A stretch of 64,000 bases of DNA from Candidatus Latescibacterota bacterium (lineage in GTDB: Bacteria; Latescibacterota; UBA2968; UBA8231): positions 800,001-864,000 of the forward strand of contig CBDCSU010000006.1 of NCBI GenBank assembly GCA_965221775.1, read 5' to 3'. Positions 28,549-38,063 of this stretch are shown here, one piece after another (position 1 is the stretch's first letter; every line of letters starts with the position of its first letter). Below the pieces are notes generated by a model. That model was given only the letters and a program-made list of their open reading frames with translations. It did not search any database and was not told the DNA's origin. The translations under genes and the position numbers were made by a program.

Positions 28549-29729
28549 CCGCGGGGCTGCATCGGCCCGACTACGAGGGCGGCTCCATCGTCAACCTCGC
28601 CGCCTCGGTGCTGGAGGCCTTCGGCGTCGAGCCGCCCGCCCCGCCCCTGCGCCCCGGGCTCCTGCCCCCGGAAACCCTCGCCGGACCCGGCGGCGTGGTC
28701 CTGCTGGTGATCGACGCTCTCGGCCACGCCTCCCTGCGTTCGGTCCTCGGCGACCGCACCCCGCACCTGAGGCGCCTGGCCGCGGAGACACCGGGCGGTC
28801 TGCAGCGGCTGACCTCGATCTTCCCCTCCACCACGGCCGCCGCCCTCAACAGCCTGGCCACGGCGCAGCCGCCGTCGGCCCACGGCGTCCTCGGCCACAC
28901 CCTCTGGCTGGAGGAGGTGGGCTCGATGGTCGGCATGCTCACCCTCCGCCCCCTCGGAGAGGACGAGCCGCTCTCGGAGGAAGCGGTGCGCCGCGTGCCC
29001 ACGGTCTACGAGCTCCTCGCCCGCGCCGGCGTGCCGTCGACGCTGATCACCGACGCCGCATACGAGGGCGCCCCCTTCACCAACCTGATCCAGGAGGGGG
29101 CGCGGTTCCTGGGCCACCGCAGCCTGTCGCACCTGTGCCACCTGTTGGGGCAGGCCCTCGGCGAGGCCCCGGGGAGGCGCGCCTTCTACTCCCTCTACTG
29201 GCCCGTCATCGACACCCTCTCCCACCTCTACGGACCGGACGGCGCCGAGCCGTCGGAAGCCTGCCGCCTGGAGATGGAGTTCATCGACCTGATGGTGGGC
29301 AAGGTGCACGGCCTCTGCCGGGAGCATGGCTGCTGCCTGCTCGTCACCGCCGACCACGGGCAGACCCGGGTCGATCCCGACCTCGCCTTTGTCGTCGAGG
29401 GACCGCTGCGGGAGGCCCTCTCCCGCCCGCCGGGAGGCGGCCGGCGCGCCCTCTACCTGACCGCCCGCGACCCGGAGCGCCTGCTGTCCGACGAGGGCTT
29501 GCGGGAGGCGACGGAACGGCTGCTGCCGGCGGACGAGGCCGTCGACGCCGGCTGGTTCGGCGGCCCCTGCGACGGCATCCGCTCCCGCCTCGGCGATGTG
29601 GTGGCCCTGGCGGGGCCGGGACGGCAGCTGGTCTACGACTACGGCCGCGGCAAGACCGTCCACCGCGGCAGCCACGCCGGCCTCACGGCGGAGGAGATGT
29701 ACGTGCCCCTCATGGCGGCCGCCCCCTGA
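28545..29729 (+). CDS. Alkaline phosphatase-superfamily (nucleotide pyrophosphatase/phosphodiesterase-like) protein
   Basis: PDYEGGSIVNL, LLVIDALG, SIFPSTT, DTLSHLYGP, VTADHG, GSHAGLT. Confidence 0.85.
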   Translation: MTAGLHRPDYEGGSIVNLAASVLEAFGVEPPAPPLRPGLLPPETLAGPGGVVLLVIDALGHASLRSVLGDRTPHLRRLAAETPGGLQRLTSIFPSTTAAALNSLATAQPPSAHGVLGHTLWLEEVGSMVGMLTLRPLGEDEPLSEEAVRRVPTVYELLARAGVPSTLITDAAYEGAPFTNLIQEGARFLGHRSLSHLCHLLGQALGEAPGRRAFYSLYWPVIDTLSHLYGPDGAEPSEACRLEMEFIDLMVGKVHGLCREHGCCLLVTADHGQTRVDPDLAFVVEGPLREALSRPPGGGRRALYLTARDPERLLSDEGLREATERLLPADEAVDAGWFGGPCDGIRSRLGDVVALAGPGRQLVYDYGRGKTVHRGSHAGLTAEEMYVPLMAAAP

Positions 29730-29743
29730 CCCGGCCGCCCGCG

Positions 29744-30913
29744 ATGCCCCGCCAGCCCCCGCACCTGCCGGCCTCGGAGGCCGGCCTCGACGAGGTCCTG
29801 CAGACCGGCCTGGAGGGCGGCGCCCTGCTGTTCACCACCAACCCCGGCCTCGAGGATCTCGCCGCCGCGGAGTTGTGCGAGCGCCTGGCGCCCCTCGGCC
29901 TGGCGGCGCCGGAGATCCGCCTGCAGCTCAAGCCCTGGGGCTTCGGCGGCCACCTCCTCGTGCTGCTGCCGCGGGTCGACGACGCGGTCACCGCGGCGGC
30001 CCTCGCCATGGGCACCATCCACCACGTCCTGCACCCCCTCTACGGCTTCGACCTGCCCGAGGACCCCGCCGACGGCCTCGACCACATCCACGCGCAGCTG
30101 CGCGAGCGCGGCGTCCCCGCCCTCGGGGAGGACGGCGTCGCCTCCTTCCGCGTCACCACCCGGCGCAGCGGCGAGCACCCCTTCTCCAGCATCGACGTGC
30201 AGCGGCGGGCCGGCGCCGCCCTCTTCGAGCGCTACCGGCGGGCCGTGGACCTCACCGGCTTCGACCGCGAGGTCCGCGTCGACGTGCGCGGCCAGCGCTG
30301 CCTGGTGAGCGTGCAGCTCACCCGGGACCCCCTCAGCCACCGGCAGTACCGGCTCTACAACCCGGGGGCGGCGCTGAAGGCCAACGTCGCCTGCGCCCTG
30401 CTGCGCCTGGCCGGCGTCGAGCGCGGGCGCCTGCTCGACCCCTTCTGCGGCTCGGCGACGATCCCCATCGAGGCGGCGCGCCTGCACCCGGGGCTGGAGA
30501 TCGCGGCCAGCGACTACTCCCCCCGCGCCGTGGACGGCGCCCGACGCAACCTCGAGGCCGAGGGGCTGGACGGGCGGGTCTCCCTGGCTCTCCACGACAT
30601 GACGGACCTGCCCGAGGTCCACCCGCCGGGGGGCTTCGACGCCATCGTCACCAACCCCCCCTTCGGCGTGCGCCTCGGCCGCGGCATGAACTTCCCCGCC
30701 TTCTACGCCCGCTTCCTCGACGCGGCCTCCCACCTGCTGCGCCCCGGGGGCCGCCTCGTCTTCCTGGCGTGGAAGCGGGGTCTCATCGACAAGGCGAACC
30801 GGCCCGCCCGCCGGTTCCGCCGCCTCCACGTGCGCGTCGTCGAGACGGGGGGGATCTACCCGCGGATCTACGTGATGGAGCGGCGGCGGGATGGGGTGTC
30901 TCCCGCGCAGTGA
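29744..30913 (+). CDS. THUMP-domain SAM-dependent RNA methyltransferase (Trm14/TrmN-like)
   Basis: TTNPGLE, THUMP SFRVTTRRSGEHPFSS, LLDPFCGSATIPIEAA, IVTNPPFG. Confidence 0.82.
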   Translation: MPRQPPHLPASEAGLDEVLQTGLEGGALLFTTNPGLEDLAAAELCERLAPLGLAAPEIRLQLKPWGFGGHLLVLLPRVDDAVTAAALAMGTIHHVLHPLYGFDLPEDPADGLDHIHAQLRERGVPALGEDGVASFRVTTRRSGEHPFSSIDVQRRAGAALFERYRRAVDLTGFDREVRVDVRGQRCLVSVQLTRDPLSHRQYRLYNPGAALKANVACALLRLAGVERGRLLDPFCGSATIPIEAARLHPGLEIAASDYSPRAVDGARRNLEAEGLDGRVSLALHDMTDLPEVHPPGGFDAIVTNPPFGVRLGRGMNFPAFYARFLDAASHLLRPGGRLVFLAWKRGLIDKANRPARRFRRLHVRVVETGGIYPRIYVMERRRDGVSPAQ

Positions 30914-30924
30914 GTGTCTTGGCC

Positions 30925-31878
30925 ATGCGAACCTGCCGTCCCGGCCTGCTGGTCCTGGCCACTCTCCTCGGAGTCGCCCCCGCCGCCCACGCCCACGTGG
31001 GCGACGAGATCTACCCCATCTACGAGCTGCTCGACGAGGACCTGCACCGGATCGACCTGACCGACGGCAGCACCGAGGACTGGTACGACGTCCTCGGCGA
31101 GCCGTCGCTGACGGCCGCCGACTTCTACTACCCGTACTCCAGTTACGATCCAGCAAGCTGTGACTACCGCTTCTGGCTCGCCTGGCACCGGCGCAGCGGC
31201 ACCCTCTGGGTCGCCATGGAGCGCTTCGATGACATCTACCTCAACAACTATGCGGGAGAGATTCTCGAGGCCGGGCTCCCCAAGATGTTTCGCCCTACGA
31301 TGTTCCGCTGGGATTCCTACTTCGGCTTCCTGGTCGACGGCGACCACTCCGGCGGCCGCTACCTGTTTGGACGCAACAGCTGCGACGGGTGCACGGTAGA
31401 GGAGACCAAGCTCCTCAACAACCGCCAGGCCCAGCACTGGCAGGCCATCGCCGAGACGACGGACGGCCAGCACCTGGGATATGACGGAGCCAGCGAGTGG
31501 GTCGTGAGAGAGCCGTACGCCGCGGCCGGGGGCGGCGTCCTCGGCGCGACTCCCGCCACCTCGGTCACCGAGTTGATGGTGACCCCCTTCGACGACCTCG
31601 TCTACGACGACGAGGCTGCTTCCGTAGCCTCGCAGCTGTACCCTGGCAAGGTCATCGGCTTCAACATCCGCACGATCGACAACGACGCCACCGAGTACCC
31701 CGACGGATATGGGCCAAAGGAGTACCAGTGGCTGTCCGACAGGGTGTCTACCCTCAGCTTGGCCGATCTCTTCGTCGACGGCCTGCTGGTCGGTGCAGGG
31801 GAGGACCCCTCCCGCTACGACGACATCTCCGCCGTGGAGCCGTCCTCCTGGGCGCGCATCAAGGCCGCCCTCGAGTAA
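30925..31878 (+). CDS. Secreted hypothetical protein, paralogue A (possible DOMON/CBM9-like beta-sandwich) with SAVEPSSWARIK tail
   Basis: Signal peptide ending AHA; DLTDGSxEDW, FWLAWH, VDGDHSGG, IGFNIRTIDND. Confidence 0.78.
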   Translation: MRTCRPGLLVLATLLGVAPAAHAHVGDEIYPIYELLDEDLHRIDLTDGSTEDWYDVLGEPSLTAADFYYPYSSYDPASCDYRFWLAWHRRSGTLWVAMERFDDIYLNNYAGEILEAGLPKMFRPTMFRWDSYFGFLVDGDHSGGRYLFGRNSCDGCTVEETKLLNNRQAQHWQAIAETTDGQHLGYDGASEWVVREPYAAAGGGVLGATPATSVTELMVTPFDDLVYDDEAASVASQLYPGKVIGFNIRTIDNDATEYPDGYGPKEYQWLSDRVSTLSLADLFVDGLLVGAGEDPSRYDDISAVEPSSWARIKAALE

Positions 31879-31904
31879 GCTCCCCGCCGCAAAGGAGGAG
31901 CACC

Positions 31905-32831
31905 ATGCTTGCCTGCCTCGTTTCCCTGCTGACCCTGGCCCCGCTCCTGGGCCTCGCGAGCCAAGCCCACGCCCACGTCGGCGACGAAGTCTACCCCTTC
32001 TACGAGTTGCTCGACGAAGACCTGCACCGCATCGACCTGACCGACGGCAGCGTCGAGGACTGGCTCGAGGTCATCGGGGAGCCGTCCCTGGTCACCTCCG
32101 ATTTCTGGAGAGGCTCGGAAAGCTGGCCCAGCGATCCCACGACCCTGGATGTCCGCGTCTGGCTCGCCTGGCACGGGAACAGCAGTACCATCTGGGTCGC
32201 CGTGGAGGCCTACGATGCCCGCTACGTAGGGGCCCTCGGAGACGAAGAGGAAACAGCAAACTACTGCTGGGCATGGGACGCCTGCATGGAGTTTTTCATT
32301 GACGGAGATCACTCCGGTGGTCGGTATCGCAGGTTCCCTGCCGGCGACCATACCGAGGAAGAGTTGGATCTGTTGAACTTTCGCCAGGCCCAGAAGTACT
32401 GGATGCCGATCGACCCGGCGGGGGACCAATTCGTTCGCTTCAGCGGGAGCGGCGAGTGGCTCACGGAGGACCCGTACGCAGCCGCCGGCGGCGGCGCCGT
32501 CGGCCGCACCCCGGCGACCTGGGTCTTCGAAGTCAAGGTGACGCCCTTCGACGCCCTCGTCTACAACGACGAGGGTTCTTCCAAAGCCTCAGAGCTGTAC
32601 CCGGGCAAGACCATCGGTTTCGATCTCTGGCTCTACGACACTGACGAGGAACCTCCCTTTGTCTCTTCCACCGCCTACCTGCTCACGCCCTTGGAACTCT
32701 CCGTGAACCGTTTCTCCAGCCACTTCGTCGACGGCCTGCTCGTCGGCGCCGGCGAAGACCCATCCCGCTACGACGACGATTCCGCCGTGACCCCCTCCTC
32801 CTGGGGGCGCATCAAGGCCAGCTTCAGGTAG
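31905..32831 (+). CDS. Secreted hypothetical protein, paralogue B with SAVTPSSWGRIK tail
   Basis: AAGGAGGAG RBS; signal peptide ending AHA; same conserved blocks as paralogue A. Confidence 0.8.
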   Translation: MLACLVSLLTLAPLLGLASQAHAHVGDEVYPFYELLDEDLHRIDLTDGSVEDWLEVIGEPSLVTSDFWRGSESWPSDPTTLDVRVWLAWHGNSSTIWVAVEAYDARYVGALGDEEETANYCWAWDACMEFFIDGDHSGGRYRRFPAGDHTEEELDLLNFRQAQKYWMPIDPAGDQFVRFSGSGEWLTEDPYAAAGGGAVGRTPATWVFEVKVTPFDALVYNDEGSSKASELYPGKTIGFDLWLYDTDEEPPFVSSTAYLLTPLELSVNRFSSHFVDGLLVGAGEDPSRYDDDSAVTPSSWGRIKASFR

Positions 32832-32882
32832 CCGGCAGAGCGCCGGCCCGATCCTCGCCGCGGCACCGGACCCGCGCCGGAC

Positions 32883-35366
32883 TCACGGCGCGCAATCCTC
32901 ACGCACCATCGCCCTCGCCGAGACCCCACCCTCCTGCGGGACCCGCACCACCACGGCCCCGCACTCGTCCGTCCGGTAGACCCGGGCCCCGGCCTCGCGG
33001 AACCGCGCCATCACCTCCGGCGCCGGGTGGCCGAACCTGTTGAAGGCGCCCACGGGGACGACGCAGACCGACGGGCTCACGGCGTCGACGAAGGCCGGCC
33101 CCGACGAGGTGCGCGACCCGTGGTGGGCCACCTTCAGGATCCCGCTCCTCAGCCCCTCACCCCACCCCAGCAGGGCCGGCTCCGACGCCTCCTCGATGTC
33201 GCCGGTGAAGAGCACGCGCGTCTCCCCGTAGTCGAAGCGGACCACCACCGAGCCGTCGTTCAGGCCGTGGGGAGAGCGGCCCCCGGCGCCGACGAAGCCC
33301 TCCCTCGGGTGCAGGACCACGGCGCCCACGCCCCCGAGGCCGGCGAGGCTGTCCCCGGCGGCGACGCGGTGATAGGCGATGCCCTTCTGGTGGATGAGCC
33401 GGCGCAGCCGCCGCGCCGTCCACGAGTCGTAGGCCTGGCCGCTGTCGATGAAGTGGCCCACCTCGACCTGCTCCAGCAGGTGCACCAGGCCGCCGATGTG
33501 GTCGGAGTGCGGATGGGAGGCGACGACCACGTCGACGCGGCCCACGCCCCGGTGCTCGAGGAAGGGGATGACGACGCGCTCCCCGAGGTCCGAGCGCCGG
33601 CTGCGGAGGCCGCCGTCGATGACCATGGTGCGGCCGTTGGGGAAGCGCAGGAAGGCGGCGTCCCCCTGCCCCACGTCGAGGAAGACGATCTCCAGGTCCC
33701 GGTCCCGCAGGACCCGCGGCCAGACCTCGAGATTGCCCCAGGCCAGCAGGGTCAGCAGCAGCAGCACCCGTCCCCGGGGGCGGCGCAGCCCCCAGGCGAG
33801 GAGCCCCGCGGTCCACGCCGCCAGGACCAGGGTGAGGGCCGAGGGTTTCGGCGTCGTCAGCGAGGCGAAGGGGAGGCCGGCGAAGACCTCCACGGCGCCC
33901 ATCAGGCCCTTCAGGGCGAGGTAGTTGGCGCCGTTGAACACGGTCCCGGCCAGGGGCCACCAGGGACCGGTGAGGGCCGCCATCAGGCCGAGGGAGACAG
34001 CCGCCCCGAGGAGCGGCACGACCACCAGGTTGGCGGCCAGCGACACCGGCGCGAACTGCTGGAAGTGCCAGGCGATGAGGGGTCCCGTGCCGATCTGCGC
34101 CGCCATGGTGACGCACAGGGGCGACAGCACCCACTTGCCGAGGGCCCGGTCCTCGTCGCGCCAGGCCGGGGGCCACAGCGACATGAGCAGGCCGTGGAGG
34201 GCGACGATGGCGAGGGTGGCCCCGAAGGAGAGCTGGAAGGAGAGGGTGAGGAGACTCGCCGGCCACAGGCAGAGGATGACGATCGCCGCCAGGCCGAGGG
34301 AGTTGTAGACCTCCCCCCGGCGGCCGATGGCGCGGCCCATCAGCACCACGCCGGCCATGATCGAGGCGCGCACCACCGGCGCCTGCAGGTCGGTGAGGAG
34401 GGCGTAGAGGAGGAGGACGGCGGTCGTGGCCAGGCAGGCGGCCCACGGGGGCGCCCGGGCCACCCGGAAGAGGGTGTAGAAGAACAGGGCCACGAGACCG
34501 ACGTGGAGGCCGCTGATGACGAGGGCGTGGGCCAGCCCCGTGTGCCGGAAGCGGTCCGCCACCTCGGCGGGGATGCGGTGCTTCTCCCCCAGCAGCATGC
34601 CCCGCAGCAGGCCGGCCGGGGGTCCGGAGAGGTTCGCCTCCAGGGCGTGGCGCAGCTCCCGGCGCAGGGGCAGGACGAGGTGCTCGCGCCACCAGACCGC
34701 GGGCCGGGCCTCGACGCGCAGCAGCTGGTCGCGCCGGTACGCCGAGGCGGTGGCGTGCACCCCCTGCAGGTGGAGGTAGCGGCGGAAGTCGAAGGCGCCG
34801 GGGTTGCGCGCCGGCTGGGGGCGCCGGAGGCGCGTCTTCAGCCAGATGCGGTCACCGGCGCCGGCCGGCAGCCGGAAGCCGCGCAGGGTCACCCACACCC
34901 GTCCCGCCAGATGGAGGGGGTCGCCCTCGGCGGGGTCCCAGCCCTCGGCCTCGAGGACGAGCCGCGTCCGGCGTTCCCCCTCGGCCTCGCTCTCCTCCGC
35001 TTCGCCCACCAGCCGGCCCACCAGGACGCCGCGCTCTCCCAGGGCCTCCGAGCGCGTCACGTGGTGTGGCGGCCACAGCCGTGTGTGCTGGTGGTAGCGG
35101 AACCCTCCCGCGCAAGCGGCCAGGGCCAGCAGGCAGATCGAGGCAGGGAGGGGCGCCCGCCCCGTCAGGCACCCTGCCAGGCCCAGGGTCCCCACCACGG
35201 CGGCCCCCCACTGCCACAGGGAGAGGGGCGGCGCCAGCTGGTCGGCGGCCAGGATCCCGGCGCCGAGGGCGGCGGCGGTCCACAGGGCCGGGCGTCTCTT
35301 GGCGCGGAATCCGGGCACGGCGAGTCGGCCGCAAGCAGCGTGCCCCGCCGCCTCGACCCCGTTCAC
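32883..35366 (-). CDS. comEC: Competence protein ComEC/Rec2 (start uncertain)
   Basis: RNPGAFDF, GLAHALVISGLH, SFQLSF, FLDVGQGDA, SHPHSDHIGG, KVAHHGS, FGHP, RTDECG. Confidence 0.93.
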   Translation of the reverse strand: MNGVEAAGHAACGRLAVPGFRAKRRPALWTAAALGAGILAADQLAPPLSLWQWGAAVVGTLGLAGCLTGRAPLPASICLLALAACAGGFRYHQHTRLWPPHHVTRSEALGERGVLVGRLVGEAEESEAEGERRTRLVLEAEGWDPAEGDPLHLAGRVWVTLRGFRLPAGAGDRIWLKTRLRRPQPARNPGAFDFRRYLHLQGVHATASAYRRDQLLRVEARPAVWWREHLVLPLRRELRHALEANLSGPPAGLLRGMLLGEKHRIPAEVADRFRHTGLAHALVISGLHVGLVALFFYTLFRVARAPPWAACLATTAVLLLYALLTDLQAPVVRASIMAGVVLMGRAIGRRGEVYNSLGLAAIVILCLWPASLLTLSFQLSFGATLAIVALHGLLMSLWPPAWRDEDRALGKWVLSPLCVTMAAQIGTGPLIAWHFQQFAPVSLAANLVVVPLLGAAVSLGLMAALTGPWWPLAGTVFNGANYLALKGLMGAVEVFAGLPFASLTTPKPSALTLVLAAWTAGLLAWGLRRPRGRVLLLLTLLAWGNLEVWPRVLRDRDLEIVFLDVGQGDAAFLRFPNGRTMVIDGGLRSRRSDLGERVVIPFLEHRGVGRVDVVVASHPHSDHIGGLVHLLEQVEVGHFIDSGQAYDSWTARRLRRLIHQKGIAYHRVAAGDSLAGLGGVGAVVLHPREGFVGAGGRSPHGLNDGSVVVRFDYGETRVLFTGDIEEASEPALLGWGEGLRSGILKVAHHGSRTSSGPAFVDAVSPSVCVVPVGAFNRFGHPAPEVMARFREAGARVYRTDECGAVVVRVPQEGGVSARAMVREDCAP

Positions 35367-35389
35367 CCTCCCCGGTATATTGGCGCACC

Positions 35390-35788
35390 ATGCTCTTCCG
35401 CCTGTTCCTCCTCTTCGCCCTCCTGCCCGTGATCGAGCTGGCCCTGCTCGTGCAGGTCGGCTCGCGCATCGGCGTGACCCCCACGGTGGCGCTGGTCCTG
35501 GCCACCGGCGCGGCCGGCGCCTTCCTGGCCCGGGCCCAGGGCCTGCGCGCCCTGCGCCGCCTGCAGGCGGCCGTCGGCGCCAGCGCCTTCCCCGGCGACG
35601 AGATCTTCGACGGGGTCCTGATCCTCGGGGGCGGACTGCTGCTGCTGACGCCGGGGCTGCTCACCGACGCCGTCGGCTTCGGCGCCCTGATCCCCGGCAC
35701 CCGCCGCCTCCTCAAGCGGTTCCTGGAGCGGCAGGTGCGCCGGCGCCTGCGCCCCGGCGAGGTGCGCGGGACCTACACGGTGGAATGA
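35390..35788 (+). CDS. fxsA: FxsA family membrane protein
   Basis: LPVIELALLVQVG, GGLLLLTPGLLTDAVG. Confidence 0.88.
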   Translation: MLFRLFLLFALLPVIELALLVQVGSRIGVTPTVALVLATGAAGAFLARAQGLRALRRLQAAVGASAFPGDEIFDGVLILGGGLLLLTPGLLTDAVGFGALIPGTRRLLKRFLERQVRRRLRPGEVRGTYTVE

Positions 35789-36084
35789 CGGCGGAACCGA
35801 CCCCCGCCCAGGTGCGCCGCCTGCGCTCCCTCGGCCACGGGCTGCGGCCCAAGGTGTCGGTGGGGCGCGCCGGGCTCAGCGAGCCGGTGCTGCGCTCGCT
35901 GGAGGAGGCGTTCCACACCTCGGAGCTGGTGAAGGCGCGTCTGGAGAGATCGTGCGAGCTCGACCGCGGGGAGGCGGGGCGCCTGCTGGCCGAGGCCGCG
36001 GAGGCTCACCTGGTGCAGGTCCTGGGGCGCACGGTGCTGCTCTACCGGCCCGACGGCGAGAGCCCGAAGATCCAGCTTCCCTGA
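35785..36084 (+). CDS. yhbY: YhbY/CRM-domain RNA-binding protein
   Basis: LRSLGHGLRPKVSVGRAGL, ELVKA, VQVLGRTVLLYR. Confidence 0.88.
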   Translation: MTAEPTPAQVRRLRSLGHGLRPKVSVGRAGLSEPVLRSLEEAFHTSELVKARLERSCELDRGEAGRLLAEAAEAHLVQVLGRTVLLYRPDGESPKIQLP

Positions 36085-36091
36085 GCCGCCC

Positions 36092-37654
36092 TCAGGCGGC
36101 CGTCTTCTCCTCGAGGATCCGCAGGACCCGCTCCTTGCCGAGGAGCGCCACGAAGGTGCCGAACCGCGGCCCCCGCTCCTGGCCGAGGACGACCTCGTAG
36201 AAGCAGCGGAACAGCTCCTTCGGCTCGCGGCCGGCCTCGCGGGCCACGTCGAAGGGGATCGCCTGCAGCGCCTGCTCGTCGCCGTTGCCGGAGGCGGCCA
36301 GGCGGTCGCGGACCCGCCACAGCAGGGCGCGCTCGTCGTCGTCGGGGCTTCGGTAACGCTTGCCGGGCAGGACCTGCTCCCGGTAGTACGCCAGGCCCTT
36401 GCGCACGAGAGCGTCGAGGACGTCGGGACTGGCCGAGACCTGCGGATCGTAGCGCTGCAGGAACTCCTTCAGCAGCTCCTCGTCGTCGCTGCCGAGGGCC
36501 GAGATCAGGTTGAGGACGACGGTGTAGCTGACGTTGCCGGCGTACTCCGGCACGCCCCGGCCGCGGTCGAAGATGTGCCACAGGGCGTGGGCCAGGCGCC
36601 CCTCCTCGTCCAGCCCCGGCCACCGCCGCAGCCCCTCCAGGTAGTCGTCCACGCACCGGGGCACGATCTCCCAGACCAGGCGCTTGGCGCGCCCGGGGTT
36701 CTGGTAGATGTGGTAGAGCAGCGACTCGATGGGGGCGAAGTCGAGCCAGTGCTCCACCGTCATCCCCGGACGCCCCGCCGACTTCGAGATCCGCCGCCCC
36801 TCCTCGTCGAGCCACAGCTCGAAGGTCATCCCCGCCGGCGGCTGCCGGCCCATGATGCGCACGATGCGGCTGGAGACCTTCACCGAGTCGATCAGGTCCT
36901 TGCCGTACATCTCGTAGTCGACTTGGTACGTGAACCAGCGCAGCGCCCAGTCGACCTTCCAGCCCACCTTCGCCTTTCCTCCCAGGATGGAGGTCTCGCC
37001 GCTCTCGCCGCAGCCGCGGGCGGCGGGCTCGTCGCCGTCGCAGACGAAGGAGACGGTGCGCCGCTCCGGGTGGTAGTCGGTGACCCGGGTGGCGTTGACC
37101 GAGCCGCAGGCCGGGCAGATGGGGAGGAAGGGGGACCAGCCCTTGCGGCGCTCCGGCCCCAGGGTCGGCAGGATGACCTGAAGGACCTCGTCGACCTTCT
37201 CCAGCAGGATGGCCAGGCCCTCGTCGAACTCGCCGTCGCCGTAGGCCCGGGCGGCGCTCTTGAACTCGTAGTCGAAGCCGTACTCGTCGAGGAACCGCCG
37301 CAGCCGGCCGTTGTTGTGATCGGCGAAGCTGGCGCTGCGGCCGAAGGGGTCGGGAACGGCGCTCAGGGGCTGGCCCAGGTGGGCGGCCAGGACCTCGCCG
37401 TTGGGGACGTTCTGCGGCACCTTGCGCAGGCCGTCCATGTCGTCGGAGAACGCCTGCAGGCGCGTGGGCCGGCCGGTGAGGTGCTCGAAGGCGCGGCGCA
37501 CGAAGCTGGTGCGCGCCACCTCGGCGAAGGTGCCGATGTGGGGCAGGCCGCTGGGGCCGTACCCGGTCTGGAACAGGATGGGGCGCCCGCCCTCCGGCGG
37601 CCGGCGCTCGAGGATGCGCTCGGCCTCGGCGAAGGGCCAGGCTCTCGGCGCCAT
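36092..37654 (-). CDS. lysS: Lysine--tRNA ligase, class I
   Basis: WPFAEA, TGYGPSGLPHIGTFAEV, SDDMDGLRKVP, WKVDWALRW, GKDL, ISKS, GPRFGTF. Confidence 0.93.
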   Translation of the reverse strand: MAPRAWPFAEAERILERRPPEGGRPILFQTGYGPSGLPHIGTFAEVARTSFVRRAFEHLTGRPTRLQAFSDDMDGLRKVPQNVPNGEVLAAHLGQPLSAVPDPFGRSASFADHNNGRLRRFLDEYGFDYEFKSAARAYGDGEFDEGLAILLEKVDEVLQVILPTLGPERRKGWSPFLPICPACGSVNATRVTDYHPERRTVSFVCDGDEPAARGCGESGETSILGGKAKVGWKVDWALRWFTYQVDYEMYGKDLIDSVKVSSRIVRIMGRQPPAGMTFELWLDEEGRRISKSAGRPGMTVEHWLDFAPIESLLYHIYQNPGRAKRLVWEIVPRCVDDYLEGLRRWPGLDEEGRLAHALWHIFDRGRGVPEYAGNVSYTVVLNLISALGSDDEELLKEFLQRYDPQVSASPDVLDALVRKGLAYYREQVLPGKRYRSPDDDERALLWRVRDRLAASGNGDEQALQAIPFDVAREAGREPKELFRCFYEVVLGQERGPRFGTFVALLGKERVLRILEEKTAA

Positions 37655-37666
37655 GGGCCGGCGCCG

Positions 37667-37885
37667 CTAGCGGTTGCGGAAGGTGATGCGGCCCCGGCTC
37701 AGGTCGTATGGGGACAGGGCCACGGTGACCTGGTCTCCGGGCAGCACGCGGATGTAGTACTTCCGCATCTTGCCCGAGATGTGGGCCAGGATCTCGTGAC
37801 CGTTCTCCATCTCCACCTTGAAGAAGCCGTTGGGCAGGGCCTCCTGGACCACCGCCTGGACCTCGATCGCCTCTTCCTTGGGCAT
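37667..37885 (-). CDS. infA: Translation initiation factor IF-1
   Basis: [37 protein letters not shown]...[10 protein letters not shown]. Confidence 0.97.
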   Translation of the reverse strand: MPKEEAIEVQAVVQEALPNGFFKVEMENGHEILAHISGKMRKYYIRVLPGDQVTVALSPYDLSRGRITFRNR

Positions 37886-38063
37886 ACGCTCTCTTTCGCG
37901 TTCAGAACGAAAAACGGCGAGCGCCGACAGGATCTCCGGTCACCGGAGCAGCACTCGCCGAAACCGCCAGCTTCGATTGCCAGTCAGAGATCCATGCGCG
38001 TCCCCGGCCATGGGTTTTTCAGGCAGCAACCCAAAGTATGGAGCCGGGCCTTCGGAGTCAACG

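Noticed and set aside
30925-32831. Diversity-generating retroelement explanation for the paralogue pair
   Set aside because: There is no reverse transcriptase in the window, and the differences include indels and non-adenine changes rather than an adenine-specific TR/VR pattern.
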